64,000 bases of DNA from positions 8,517,950 to 8,581,949 of the forward strand of contig NC_134026.1 in the NCBI RefSeq assembly GCF_964204645.1, in the 5' to 3' direction. The position numbers and the translations under genes are program-made. The stretch is from Tubulanus polymorphus (taxonomy: Eukaryota; Animalia; Nemertea). A model generated the notes under the pieces. The model saw only the letters and a program-made list of their open reading frames with translations. It searched no databases and was not told the DNA's origin. The first letter of the stretch is position 1, and every line of letters begins with the position of its first letter. Shown one piece after another: positions 26,391 to 40,329 of this stretch.

Positions 26391-26940
26391 CTGAGCCCTG
26401 GGCCCTGAGTCTGAGTCACTAAATAAAGCTCATTCGCGAAAAGCAATAAACCAGAAGCTTTTTGTTGATAAAAAAGCCTAAACAATTTCATTCATTGACG
26501 CAATGAAATTTTCCACTGGAAAACGCGAACTCAATTTTTCTTAACGACGCCAATTTTCTTCAAATTACCGCCACTGATATGTGGCAAACTTAGCGCGCAG
26601 AATTCCGCCGAAGAAACCGCACGCACAAAATGAGTTTAAATCAGTAGTGCGTGTCATTAATTTGCTTGATTGATTACGTGCCAGAAAAATGGCCGACAGT
26701 CGCTATCTTTATTGAAAATGCATCGATCCATTATTGCAATAAAGAGATACTATCGTTTGCGCGCGTACACGTAAAGGTTAATGAAGTTAACAAATAAGTC
26801 TTCAACGGGATTACATATTTACTAGAGCGATGAAAGAAAATTGAGAGAAGGTATCTACGCCGGGTTATTAGTCGAATTTCGTCAATGTTCAAACCGGATA
26901 CCATCAGTTCATTGCGTCGAATCCTGTCCACGCCAAAGTC

Positions 26941-27060
26941 ATGAAGATGACTATTAGAATATAGTCGAAACGGCGTATAAAACTATTAACTAGCTCAAGG
27001 AAACTTTTTCGAACTATTATTCTCCCATTATCATTGTGGTATTCTCTCCACCTTATCGCC
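26941..27060 (+). mobile_element. Single arm of the 2.9-3.4 kb Penelope-like family with a degenerate hammerhead core
   Basis: ATGAAGA-T-GACTAT(TAGAAT)ATAGTC-GAAAC...ACTAGCTCAAGGAAAC...TTGTGGTATT...TATCGCC matches 3310-3404. Confidence 0.7.
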
Positions 27061-27674
27061 AAATTTTAAACTTCAACTTCAACTTAAAAACTTATTGGCG
27101 TAACTAGGATATAGTGTTTTATCAATGGCCAGCTTGCACGATACCTCTCAATAGGGAGAGATGACTGATATACTACGCATATATTATACACACTGGAGTA
27201 ACAATACTAGTTGGTATTACTGTTTGAACTTCAACTTTGAATACCGTATACACAATTCAATAAGCTTCGATATTGATTAAGTTGGAAAATCAATTTTCCT
27301 GATAAACATGGAAATGAATGACCCAAATCTATCCTTTGTCTTAGAACACACGACCAACTATACATCTGAGTCTAGCGAGCTGATTCGGAAGAAAAGTTGA
27401 ACCATGGACTGAATTGCCTAATATATAATTCAATAATAAGCTGTGACATTGACTCGACAAATCAATTTTATTGATAAAAATGGAAATGAACGATCTGATT
27501 TTGTCTCTAAAACCAAATATTGCAACTATGAGTCTGTGTATATACGTATACAGCTTATTGAAGACAAGTTGAATCATGGAACAGTTTCACAGGCGTTACT
27601 TAGTGTTTCATCATAGATGGTCATACAAAATACTAATACTAATTCGATTCGCCGCAGCCGGTAAACTCTAGCTG

Positions 27675-27892
<218 letters not shown>

Positions 27893-28451
27893 CATAACTC
27901 GTTATATCTATATCTAACGTATTTGACTGTGATTGATCAAGATCAAGTCAGGGAAAAAGCATGTCAAAAAAGTGGTTAGCCTGATACAGTGAAAATCAAA
28001 GTTTTACACGCGTCTTATGCGTAGACATCAGTGACATTATGCAAAAATGTACACGAAAGATATAATTGAAGCGAGAAAACCACATATGGTTAAAAAATTC
28101 GTTATAGAGACAGAGATTCTGTACCCCCCTCGATGTTTATGTACTAACGCAACAGCTTTAGTTGTGTGAAGACTGTACTGTAACATCGGCTTCATATGTC
28201 TCCATATACGCAGCTGTCGATTGCGACAATATAGAAGATAGAATTCAAATATGAACGGGTTTGCCTTATTAAATTTTGAGCCGGTTTATCAATATTTGTC
28301 ACTGTGAAAGGCATTGTATATACAAACAAACTATTCGGGACAGATGGTGGCATCACCGACTCTCAATGAAGCAATGCACGCACGAAGTGGGTCACTTAAC
28401 TGGGGTTGAAATTTACTCAGTTTCAAGGTCAAGTTCAGCCTTATCCTAACT

Positions 28452-28655
28452 CCGGGTGGGTTCAAGGAGTGGTATCCGACCCCTGCTTTCCCCCTAAGGT
28501 CATCATTTCGGATATTCAATATTTCCTTTATCTCTCAAAAATATCTACCACCATGGTGGGTCCCCGTTGGGCTAATGACATGGCTGCTTTGTCTGAGAAA
28601 TGCCTTTTCTCTTCTTCTGGAACCCGGCCTTCCAGTTTTCCTAGAACCGCCCTTG
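28452..28655. mobile_element. hAT-like MITE related to 23211-23476
   Basis: GGGTGGGTTCAAGGAGTGGTATCCGACCCCTGCTTTCCC...CTTCTGGAACCCGGCCTTCC...CCTAGAACCGCCCTTG. Confidence 0.55.
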
Positions 28656-31239
28656 CTAAAACTGTTCCAACATAGATTTGGGCCCTACAGTGGCCAGGAA
28701 ATCCTCAGTTAGCCGAATATAAGATGTAGGCCACTTATATACGACCTTGATGCTACAACATTGCAATGAGGTCATGTTTTTGGTTATTGGACCATAGCAT
28801 CTACAATAACAAAGCACATAGAAATCCGCAGGGCCCAGTTTTGTGAGTGACCACCCATTCTAATTTTTCTCGATTCAAACTCGACTGTACAGAGGAATTC
28901 GTTCCAAGACTCCTACATCAGCGCCTGAAAAAAAATTTGATGGAAAGTTTTTTTTTTCAAGTGATTCATACATATCGAACATACCGGAACCGATTAATAC
29001 GGTTATACGGAGCCGAAGAAAACCAATTTGCGTCGGGTCGGTTTGTTGGGTAAGGTCAGGCCCCGTGGGATACGTCGTCGAACGACAAGATAAGTCCGGA
29101 AAAGGCGACCATAAGCTGAAGCCCTGGACACTGTCGGCAAACAATGGCGTATTACAGGAAATTGAAAGTGTAGACGAGCTCGCCTACTGAGGGACATGTT
29201 CCGAGATTGTATGAAATGATTTCTGTAATCGCTGGAGATTTATCACAGTCGACTTCGGTAATGCTAAGTTTCTCTCCGATTTCTCTCCTTCAACGCTATA
29301 CAACCCGTTCAATAAACACGTATGTTATAGAGAGTGCGCAATATCCATTTGGCAATTTTGAAGATTAACTACTTAGATTAAATTCACTGGTAACATTTTT
29401 TTTAAATTTTGTCTTTTAATAGCATTATGACAGGCGGAAGCGATTCGGGATTGGTACGACAATTAGTGGGCCGGTAGCTTCAAAGTTGGTTTAAGTTAAC
29501 CATTTGATAGTTGACAAAGTTCAATTTAATTCAATTCAAAGTTTATTGCTTAACAAACGACATTCGCCTAGAGCAGATAAATACCAAAAAATGCACGAAA
29601 ATGACAGGCTTAGTGACAATTGAAAGTTCATTGTCACTATGGTATTTATCCGTCGCTTATCTTAAACCAACATTTGAGCAACTAGTGGCGGTTAGTGGAA
29701 CTTTTTGTCACCAGCGAGCGCCGAAAGTGCGAAGATCGGTTTGGGGATCTGGGAAATCTTCTAAATTAGATGCATTTCCTGGTATTTGAACCCTACAATT
29801 CCGCCGGAGTTGAGCAAGAATTTCTATTTGAATGGAAATTGATAATTACGAATTTGGGTGGAACTGATTCGGGAAATTATTGGTCCGTCAGCAAGTCAGC
29901 ACGTAGGCAGGTCGGACATGTAAGATAGATAGCGAGGTTTGTTTAAGGATGAAACCTGAAGTTGAGGTCTCTTGTGAACTACGTTATATTATGATACCGA
30001 TATAACTAATCTATAAACGATCTATAAGATGGACTTCAAATCTCATTTTCAAAACAGCTTATAGAATTTCGAAGCAAACTCTCTTTATTTTTGACAAGAA
30101 CTTTGATTCTTGAAACTCAATATACATGCTGCAACACGATTGCAGCTCCGGTATTATATTTACATTAAGGATATTCAAAGATATCTAGTCTGACCGGTTA
30201 CATTCATGCAAACGCTTGCGAATGCCCGAAGACACATCGTGACGATACAGAAGGTATGTGTACAATACGTATCGAAGAAATGCAAATACCTCGAGATAAA
30301 CACCAGCATACCAGCTCACACAGACCATACGACATGCAGCGATGCCTAATTTCTAATTTCAACATTGATTGATCCGAGACGTTTCGATTTTAGTTTCAGA
30401 CAATTCAAACTTGTACACGACGACGATGGGGGGTAACTAACGTTCTGATTCATCCGCGTATCATCCCTCCCTCTCTACACGAGGATACGTGGATGAATAG
30501 GAGTTATTTCCTCGAATGTTTCGACTGACGGCGGAAGTGACAACGCGAGAGGAAATTAACAGTCGAAACCGACCAAATAATGATAATAATACCCGCTAAG
30601 AGTGTACAATGTATACTTGAAAATTAATTCCATCGTCTAATCATTAAAATCGCGTATGAAAAGGTAAAACCCTCGGCGGTAGAACCCCATAAAGAACCGG
30701 GTTGTTATTCCAACGCTCTGAGCTGGGATCGAGCCTCAGTTAATTCCAGCAAAGTCTTATAAATTTCAATAACTATTAGTTTATTGTCTCACAAAAAATA
30801 ACATTTGCTCAGAGAACTAAAACGGGTTCATACAAATATTTGCATCCAAAGCCCAACGCAGACGACGCAAGGAAACAGGGAAACGCATAAACACGTTATC
30901 AAACAGGTTTGATTATGGAAAATATGTTTTGCCAGGTTTGGGAATATTGATCGTACCGGCGTGTCTGCACCATTTAAGTTAGATGCTCCGGGGCGGGAGT
31001 ATTTTTGGTGTACCATAAGTCTCCCCGGATTACGGAAGCGTCCTGGGGACATATTAAAAAAAATTTTTTTGAATAGAAAATCCTATTTTTGAATAAAAAA
31101 TCCTATTTTCGAACATTTTTTTCATTATTCAAATATTTTGTTTTCAATTTTCGAATTTATTTTGCATGACACTTGAGTGGGAGTCGTCAATGGCTGTCGG
31201 CGCTACTGCCTGTAGGGCGAACTTCGGTGAGTTAATCAA

Positions 31240-31900
31240 ATTTTCAAAATGGTTTTAAGAGGAAAACCGAAAATTTGGATTTCAGAATAAATTTCAATAT
31301 TTCGATATTCTAACTTTTCAGCTTCTCGATTGTGGGACTTAAAGTTACTAGTGTCATTATTAACTAGAAACAGTTCTACAAGTCTTTGTAACATAGAAGA
31401 CGAAAGCTTACTCGGGCAAAATTCAAGCATTCTGCTTTTTACTGACATTTCCAAGGATAAATGTCCTAAATCATCCACAAACAAAGAAGGTTGGCGTCGA
31501 CCTTTTAAGTTTTTTTATATGTTGAAAAAGGTGAGTTGAACATTTTCACGTAAGTTCAGGTTTAGAAATTTCCACACTTCGTGATGAAGATTCTGTTATC
31601 TTACATGCACGATCATCACAGCTGTATATGTATGTGATGCCTGGACTTTATGCGTGTATGGTTTAACTTCCATTTTAGGAGAAAATAATATCCAAAGCTA
31701 GAAACCAGTTTTCCATTTATTGAAAATTCTAGGGGATTTCTAGATTTTCTCTACTGGAAGATTATCGGCTTGGTTTTGTCCGCAATTGATATCGAATTTC
31801 CAAAGCTGACTATACTCAAAGATCTTATCGATAAGATATTTAAAGCATTGCGCAGATATTGTATAAAATTACCACATCCTTGTCATAAAACAGCAATAGA
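31240..31900 (-). pseudogene. Possible decayed non-LTR RT remnant
   Basis: The minus strand gives a frame-shifted SP.FFNIY followed by LFVDDL (YxDD-like motif) in a CpG-poor block. Confidence 0.3.
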
Positions 31901-32394
31901 TGCTAATGGAACCAACACTATCCTCATTGATCCAACTACATTTTCAGCACAATTACTTATTCATCTATTTTTGAATTGATTATCGAAGCTATGTATTCAG
32001 AGGTATTTGTGATGCTGGAGATTTTTTTTGATTACGGCTCTTTTTGAGCTATTATTTGCCGTACTCGGAGTGAGTATACTGCATGGCGTGTATTTTAAAA
32101 ACAAGGGGATCCACTTGTGGAGTTTAGCATAGCTTTAAGATCTGAGTAATGCCATCTTCGTTCGATATCCAATATAACAACATCTTCAACCAGTCTTATG
32201 ATTTTTTTATGACCACTTTTGTACTTTCGTCACAACTGTGCCATTTTGGCCATGGGGGCTGATGATTGGTTAAGTTTGACTAAATTAGTTGGTAGTAAGT
32301 AGTAAGTAGTTTGTAGCCTCAGTAGATTTTCAGCGTGACAACTCTGGAACTTGCTCCCGTACTTTTTGGATCTTGGACTAGGGACGCATTTCCT

Positions 32395-32507
32395 CTCATC
32401 TAACTATTAGATTGATTAATTTGCTTTGATCTAAACTTTTTGTCCCTTGCAAACCCATCACACCTGCCGAGAACGAAACATGGGGTTTGATTTGAAATCG
32501 AAGGGGG
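32395..32507 (-). repeat. Interspersed repeat family (CAAACCCCCTGTTTCGCT...GGGTTTGTAAGGGAC)
   Basis: Plus-strand homologues at about 38824-38884, 44868-45027 and 52722-52857. Confidence 0.7.
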
Positions 32508-33923
32508 TTAACTCAATGAAGACTAATCGGTCGACTGTGGTAATCGAGGATCCACCTGGTGGCAAAAGTATGCATTAGGAGATTTTGTTCTTAGATTCAA
32601 TTAAAGACTCTGCAGAGTGTCCCAGAAAATGTGTTACCGAAACTTTAAGATTACCCATTCATCAACTATTATTGTAAAAGGCTAAATATTTTTCTTTTTG
32701 AAAGGGGGGTAGGGTTGGTAGACCTGGATGTATGCTTGAAAATGTATTCGATGGCTGAGCATTTCCAGTGTTTTTGAAGGGTCATGAAAATTGAGTCGAA
32801 CCAAAACAAGAAATAAGGATCATTGTCTAATGCTTTTTATGAACTAGATTTTGATCGAATTGTCCTATTGTCACGCACGCCATCTGGTGGAACGGGGTCC
32901 TCATTGTCGAAGGCCTATACAGCTTCAGTTAACCCCGGGGTTGCCAAAAGTTGTTTCTAAAAACTGGCCTCTAGCTGGGTTTTGGGACGAGGATGAATAG
33001 TCTCAGCGAGGGTCGAAGAATTTACCAGAACACGAAAACAAGTAACGCGAAAATGTGAAAATTACATATGACACGAAAAGTAAACTGTATAGTTTCCCAG
33101 CACGTATAACACGCAACGTGAGAAAACGAAAGATTCCGACACGGCTTTATCGGTTTAATCCCAGCGACGAAGGCACCGCTCCGGCGCTCCGGCGGCGGCA
33201 GTGGCGGTGGCGATATTCTTTCAGAAATTAATCTTCGGAGTGTTTACCAATAAAAGCCGCATATTAAATTTATCGCAGCCCGTGGTTATTTGATTTCAAA
33301 GAATGCCAACAGTATTGATTTCAGAAATGAAAAGTTGATGTTTAAGTGGAAATTTGTCCTGGGGCAGGGATTTATCGGCTAAGCGTCGCCTGCCGGCGCA
33401 ACGAGATCCCGCCCGACCATCGTCGATCGATGCGTAAGAGAATTATGTATAGTGCCACTTTGCAGTCTACGGAAAATTGTTTTATGTTACACTCGCGACT
33501 CTGGTGGTTCGGTATTTGATTGTGCTGAAATTCTCCCAACTTTAAAGATTGAAAGAGCGCGCTGAGAAGAGAACGCGCGAGGACGAATGAAGCCTCGACG
33601 ATGCCGCTCTCGCTAGCTTTGAATGATACACACAATCAAAGCTAAGAGGCTTCATGAATTAAAGATTCGCGTTTTAAAGATTCCATTCGTCGTCATCGTC
33701 GTCGTCGTTGTCGGTTTCATAACTATGGAAAATGTCGCAGCCGGTATCGCACGAATAGCTGCTGGCAGATGAAAGTGAAACTTAAAGGTTATCAGAGTCG
33801 ATGATGGCAAGATTTTTGAAATTTTGCGGATTTTCGGTTCGGAAATACTAAACATCGAACACGCTCCCGCACGGTTCCGAGTTAAAATCGGACCCGTAAC
33901 GATTGAAAGAAGTGGCAGTGAAC

Positions 33924-34032
33924 GCACTTACCGGGGATCGAACCCGAGTCTCGTATGTAAAAAGGGAGTGTGCTAACCAGCAGACCAATGGAACGTAAAA
34001 AGCGAGTGTGCTAACCAGTGGACCAATGGAAG
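33924..34032 (-). mobile_element. tRNA-derived SINE head or tRNA pseudogene with a duplicated 5' part
   Basis: The minus strand reads GTTCCATTGGTCTGCTGGTTAGCACACTC...GAGACTCGGGTTCGATCCCCGG, with an A-box-like and a B-box motif. A 38-bp tandem duplication lies at 33957-33994 / 33995-34032. The acceptor stem does not pair. Confidence 0.6.
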
Positions 34033-34303
34033 TTCACTCGGCCCGTAATTATACAGCTTGTCCTGTATGCGTAACACATAAATCAAGTATTTTCGAAATA
34101 AGCTTCATCGTTCAGTACGGCCTAGATCTGAATGTTGTATATACGATATTTAGCCAGGAAAAAGGATTTTGCTTTACATAATAAGGGTTATTGATAATTG
34201 GGGGGGGGGATATCAGCGGAAAGTGACTTTTTGTTCTGTCAACCAAGGGAATAAAGGTAGGATAGCCCGGACACTCTCACCATAAAGAACAGATGATACG
34301 TTC

Positions 34304-34417
34304 AAAACCCACTATATACAGAATTTAAAAGATTTTTTAAAAATTATATTTATCAAGAATTAAAATCAAAATACACGACGTTTCGAACTCTCACTAGAGA
34401 TCATCATAACTGACGAT
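34304..34417 (-). mobile_element. Diverged copy of the 24-kb Penelope-like hammerhead family, interrupted by a MITE
   Basis: AAAACCCACTAT...ACACGACGTTTCGAACTCTCACTAGAGATCATC, then the start of the second arm (CTGACGAT). Confidence 0.65.
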
Positions 34418-34420
34418 CTG

Positions 34421-34553
34421 GGGCCAGTTGCTTAGTCATGGCTCAGATTTAAGACCGGTCTAAGAGCAAATTAGTTCTATAGCTAACAACTTAAGACCAG
34501 TCTAAAGTTTAAAGACCACTGTTGGACTCAAGTCACCACTGTACAACTGGGCC
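34421..34553. mobile_element. Harbinger-like MITE (GGGCCAGTTG termini, TAAGACCAGTC repeats)
   Basis: CTG|GGGCCAGTTG...CAACTGGGCC; inverted homologue at 63744-63876. Confidence 0.75.
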
Positions 34554-35910
34554 TAGGGGACTAAAGCTGTAACAATAATACTAGGGAGATTCGCTCATAC
34601 CTACCTGCCCTGATAAACTGATAGTCGAATCAGTAACCTGACACTTTTACTGGGTTCCTGGCTCCTCCCTTCCAAGGGGCTTAGGCTCTAAGGCTATCAT
34701 AGTCAGGAGGACGAAAATTGCTGAGTGAATCCGTCATAAGTAAATTGATAGAATATCATATTGACATCATCGAACCTCTGGAAGCGTCTACTACAGGGGA
34801 ATTCAATTACATTGTAAAAGTGTTCCGATTGCTATGTTTCGATTGCTAATCCGTTGAACAAGACAAAATATCTTCTTCGTGCGAGCGCGCGCGCGAGCCC
34901 ACAAAAGCCATCGCAATCAGTGTCATCTACGCAAAAACAAATTATAAGTTCGCCTTCAGTCGACGCATTTATAATGACATCATTCAACTGAAAGCACCTA
35001 CAGTTATCGGATTTAGAAAGACGCCTCGACTGGAAACTGCGGTAATCATATTTTCAAACTGTCACTCTTAACTAAGACAAATGCCGCCGAGACTGCAGAC
35101 CGTCGTGTACGAGAAACTGGCAAATAGCTCTTTGTCATTCGCAGCGATTGCAACTTGCTCGCAGTCAAACGGTGACAGACGAGGGTTTGATGGCAACCAA
35201 TTTAATTACCCTGCTCTAAGGTTTAATTAGAATTAACATAAACTTCACTCTGTAACTGCCAAGCGAAAACAATTTTCCGCGGGCCCGAGATATGCCGCAC
35301 TGATTTGCCGCTATGAAAACAAAAATATACCGTCACTGTTTATAGAGAGCGCGAAGCCCGATTCATCGGCAGACACACTTCAGAAATTGTAGTCGTTATA
35401 ATTGACTTTTCAAATTGAACACTCTCAACCGGCGTTGATCAATTCGATATTTCAAAATATTAGTAGAATTCTAAAGCCGCGGCTGTACACGTCGCGATAT
35501 TGCTGATCCGATTAATAGAAAACAAACTCGAGAAATTTTTGATCATCTTTGATTAGACGACGATCGCTTTTTTTAGAAAATGGCTTCGCGAAAATTCAAG
35601 GATGTCTCTCGTCTGCCGTATCCATTTGAAAATTAGAAAATTTAATCAATCATTCGTGTATAGATAGATAAACGTTGGTGTCATATATGTATACATGAAA
35701 AGGATGTCGGTAACAAACTGTTTTCGCGCATCGAGACAATAATCAGAACGGCAGAAGCAAGGTCAGACAGATAAACACCGACAGATAGACAGACAAAATG
35801 GTGAACTGACTGGGATGGTCGGAGCGAATAACCAAACGCGTTATATATATATATGTATAGTTCGGTAGTAAAGCATTTCACAGTGTCGGCCATCTTTGAA
35901 CCTAGGTCCG

Positions 35911-36181
35911 AATACGGGTTAATGGCCTAACGTTCGTTACCGGAAGTAGGTATCAGTTTTCGCGTCAGCCAACTACATTTCAATGAAAATCCGTCGGTTC
36001 AAGTTTCTAGTAAGCATTTTCTCAAGAAATTGGGAAATCTTGGAAAAGTTGAGTGCTTGTATAGTTTAAAAAAAATGCTTACTGGAAACTTAAACCGACG
36101 GATTTTCATTGAAATGTAGTTGGTTGACGCGAAAACGGTTACCTACTTCAGGTAACGAACGTTAGGCCTATAACCCGTATT
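35911..36181. mobile_element. Foldback MITE with TIRs of about 110 bp
   Basis: 35911-36020 is the near reverse complement of 36072-36181 (AATACGGGTTA...TAACCCGTATT). Confidence 0.85.
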
Positions 36182-36209
36182 ACAGCAGCGACCGTGCTCA
36201 GTTGGGTGG

Positions 36210-36456
36210 CAGGGGTGGATCCAAGCTATATTCCATTGTATTCCAGAATATAGTCAGAAAAATGAAAATAACATTTTTTCCAGAAGTACCTAATCTAACA
36301 GGTCCAGAATGTCTTTAAATACAAGAAAAAGAGTCATTTTTCAAATTTTTCGTGGAAAGGAACCCTAAACCCCCTTAAATGAGCTTCGCCGCTGGCAAAT
36401 CATTGAGCAATCATTTTTAGGAATGAAGTCAAATTCACCGCCTGGATCCGCCACTG
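36210..36456. mobile_element. CAGGGGTGGATCCA-type MITE
   Basis: TIRs CAGGGGTGGATCCA / TGGATCCGCCACTG; flanks GTTGGGTGG / GCTGGGTCG resemble a decayed 8-9 bp TSD. Confidence 0.65.
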
Positions 36457-38443
36457 GCTGGGTCGCTATTTTTGGACGGTAGTTCGGGGTATACACAAAT
36501 AGCGGACTAACTCCGAAACCGAAATTTCCCCAATTTTTTTTATTGGACCAGGGAGGTAGTAGGAAACACCTTCCTGGTTGTATCTACGATAAGTGAAAAT
36601 TCCTGATCCAAAAGATAACTTCGGGTTCCATAAGAATGAAATGGCAGCTAAAGATAGAGGTATTTCACGTGAGAAATTTAAATACTTCAGTCTTATTCTA
36701 GAGAAATATCATTGATGTTTTTGGTCAATGATTATTCCCCAACCTCCACACCTTGATTGATATTTGTATACCCCCCCGTCGAAGTTGAAACTGGACTATA
36801 TACTGCTCCCTGAAACACTAACGTCTTTGAACGATAGCTATAAGGTCAGACATACAGACAGGCGACGCAGACAAATAGACAGTTCTTAAGACAATGCCCG
36901 TCATGAACAATATTATCATAGAATCATCTGTTAAAAGCAAATTCTATGTTTAACGCCACCGACGAAAAAAAAACACGAGCGAAATTGTTCTGTCAAATCG
37001 ATCGAGCTTACGATAAATCTTTCGGCTACGCGACGTAATATCTGGCAAATGGAGAATTTATGTATCTGTCCGACACGCGGTACACCGAACAATTTAGACT
37101 CATTCAAACTAAGGCGCTGTCGGATTCCGATCTGAATAGGGCGTAATTGCTTCATCGCGATTTTTTTCTGTAAAGATATTCCGTGCTCGACGTGCACAGG
37201 AAGCGCTATGATTCTATATGATATTTTGCCGTGAACAGAAAAAAAAACACAGCTCGCCTTCTCTACATCGCCGCGAATGTTGTCAGCGTTCGCACCAGGC
37301 GTCGTCAGTCATCAGCAGCCACCGCCATCGCTATACTAGCAGAGCACTAGTTTATTAGAGGCAAATTTATCACCCGCTAAATTGTTATGGACCATTAAGC
37401 ATTGGAATGAAAAGCTCGTAAAATGTTGTCAGTTGTCGAAGAGGCAAAGCGAGTAGCGAAAAACATGCGGTATACTGATTTTCTTCGAGTAGTCAGTAGA
37501 ATTAATCTATACTACTAATTTCAAAAAGGGACCAATTGTAGTTTGAATATTGGTGTCTTGACTGTAACTCCATAGACGACGAACGTTACTTTTCATTTTA
37601 CTGTAGAAAACATTGTGAACAAAGAAACTGTACTTTACAATGCAGTTGAATCAGATCTGTACAATATATTTTACGATGACATCTACTCTACCAATTTGTA
37701 TCCGCATGTATATGATCTCTTCTTTATCAATCGTGCTCATCCCTCAAATGTAAATCTATGCATTACGGGTCAATAAAGTTTTTTGATTTGATTTGTTTAC
37801 TGATTCTGTGACATTCAGGGACTAGACTTCACATCCCAAAAGGCAATATTAGGTTCAAGTTCAAGTTCAAGTTCAAATTTATTTCACAGAAAGCATGACA
37901 GGCTATTTACACAGGTTGAGAGAAAAACAAACAATAAAATCTCTTCGTAAAAGGTCTCTTCGTATTGAGGGACTTATATATCAATCATACCCCCAGGCAA
38001 TTTTCATCACTTGTAACAGGAACCGTATTTGTCACTTGACACATTCTCAAGGTACTTTGATGTCAACTTGAAGCGTACCCCGTACTGAAATGAAACGATT
38101 TTTTGTTCGTTGACGAAATGAAAAAGGGTGCTCAAAAAATGTGATGGGCTTGAATTTGAATTTGAAGGTCGCACAAGTCCAGACAAGGTCTCACTGGATC
38201 CGCCCGTCATTTTACCTTACGAAGGCTGCGACATCAAAGCCTTTCGCTTCCGTTCTTTGTATACTTCACACTCTACGAAGGAGACCGGGTGCTGTGCAAA
38301 ATGAGAATGATTAAGAAGAACATGAACTGACAACGAAGCAAATTATTATTTCCAGACAAAATCTAGACGACACGAACGACTTGACGGTTGATGACCAGTC
38401 AGTAAACAAGTTGACAGAACCTCAAAAACGACATGACAACGAC

Positions 38444-38702
38444 CAGGGGCGGATCCAGTGGCCAATTTTGGAGGACTTGTCACATCCCAAATGTCCGAAA
38501 AGGCAATATAATGTGTACTCCCGTAATGCGGGGCCAGTTTCGAAGAACTTGTCACATTCCAAGGGCACTTTGATGTCCACAAACGCAATGGCACTATACC
38601 GCAATGAAATGCACTAATATCTTTGTTGACAAAATAGAAAGGGCACTAAAAAAAACTTGATGGACCTGAACAAACCCCCCAAACCCCCTGGATCCACCCC
38701 TA
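38444..38702. mobile_element. CAGGGGCGGATCCAG-type MITE
   Basis: CAGGGGCGGATCCAG...CTGGATCCACCCCT with internal AAGGGCACT repeats. Confidence 0.7.
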
Positions 38703-38887
38703 AAGATGATTAACAGATATTGGAACCACTATTTACCCAATGGCGTGACTAGTTCTTGCCAAAAATTAGTTCGTTTCTAATCAGAACTTTGAATTTTTAG
38801 GCTCCCGAATCCAAACATTGCTAGAAACCCCCTGTTTCGCTCCACTGGTGTGATGGGTTCGTAAGGGACAAAAATCAAGTCAAATAG

Positions 38888-38994
38888 TAAGATAAAATCC
38901 CACTATTTACAGATTAAAAGAATTTAAAAACAAGAATTTATTTATTAAATCTAAAATATTTAAAAGACACGACGTTTCGATCTCACCCTAGAGA
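38888..38994 (-). mobile_element. 5'-truncated copy of the 24-kb Penelope-like arm
   Basis: 107 nt reading identically to 23889-23995; abuts the repeat copy at 38824-38884. Confidence 0.9.
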
Positions 38995-39424
38995 AATACT
39001 TTTGTATTCATTTTTTGGTGGATCCTCGCTTGCCACAAGTGGAAATCACGATTGCGACAGAAGCGTCGAACATCCTCCGCCATTAGTTCGTGTTAAAACG
39101 TCTCGCAAGTTCTCCAGTCAGATAGCGAAAAAAAAACACTTTTGTTGACAACATCTACGATCATCTGATTAACCTGTTAATCGAATTTCCATACATGAGC
39201 TTGCATCAAGCAATTTATGTCGATCCGAATAGATCCGATCTAGACGTAGAGTTATTTTGAATTAACTTCAAGCGCACGAGCTTTCAACGAGGCGCGACCA
39301 TTATGCGATCACCTAGTCGAGCTCCGAGCCTTCATAGTTTAATAGATTTGTGTTATCAACGTCGTTGTCATTATCGCCCCTGTACGAGAAATGAAGGAAA
39401 AATATAATCAAATCTTCCCCTCCC

Positions 39425-39612
39425 TAACCCTCACACACCGTGACATACACCAAAACACGAAACAGAAACGCTCTTCTGACTTGTTTCGTGACTGTGTGCG
39501 TTGTTGAGGAACACGAAACACGGTTTTCATGTTTTGGAGCGCAGTGTTACGAAACGAGGCAGAATAGCGCTTCTGTTTCGTGTTTATGTCTTGCTGCGTG
39601 CGTGAGGCTTTA
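39425..39612. mobile_element. Harbinger-like MITE (TWA target)
   Basis: TAACCCTCACACACCG...AACACGAAACAGAAACGCT / AGCGCTTCTGTTTCGTGTT...GCGTGAGGCTTTA. Confidence 0.6.
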
Positions 39613-40329
39613 ATATTGTTCCTCCTCTCCGTTCATGGCCTCAGTATCTGATTAGTCTGGGTGCCTCAGCCTCAATCCGCATATCACCTTCTCCCCGCCC
39701 AGGCTCTCTCTCCCCTCGATCAGCAACATAGTCTCTAAGTATATCACCTCTTAGCTGTTCGCTCCGTTCACTTCTCTACCTCTCAGCAGCCACTATCCTC
39801 TCCTAAAATCCTCTCTCCCACCTCACCCGTACTCGCATGCCATTACATCACCCATACGCCCATTCAGCCGGCCCCAACAGCATTCCCACTCCCACTCCCA
39901 TTCTTTCCATCCATCTCTCTTTCATCGAGGCCTTCGAGCGAAGCTGATTTTCTCTCCGTAATTAACTGGATTCCTTGAGGGTTTGTTGTTGTCGCTGCCG
40001 TCGACAAAAGGAGACGGCACCGAATAAAACGTAATTTAAATCACCGTTCAGGAAAAACTCGAATGCCTCCCGAGAGGTGTGCACTGATGAGTAAAGAGAA
40101 CGGAAAGAGGAGAGTAACGGCCTACTTGTGTTCGTTAAACAGTTCGAATAAACATTGAGCTCTTAAACGCCAAATAAACGGCGATAATAAACAAAGTTGA
40201 CAATTATCCGTATTCTTCTCGCTTCTTGTATTCAACTTACGCGTAGACTAATGTGAAAAAATATCGAAATATACAGAAAAGGATGAATGAATACAATTCT
40301 ATATCAATCTCGTTTTAGTTGAAACATTA

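Noticed and set aside
26151-26491. GT/GQ/VP/SL-repeat ORFs
   Set aside because: They are translations of a hexamer microsatellite that is open in most frames.
36555-36565. GAGGTAGTAGG resembling let-7
   Set aside because: Only 11 nt match; the rest of the mature sequence and the hairpin are absent.
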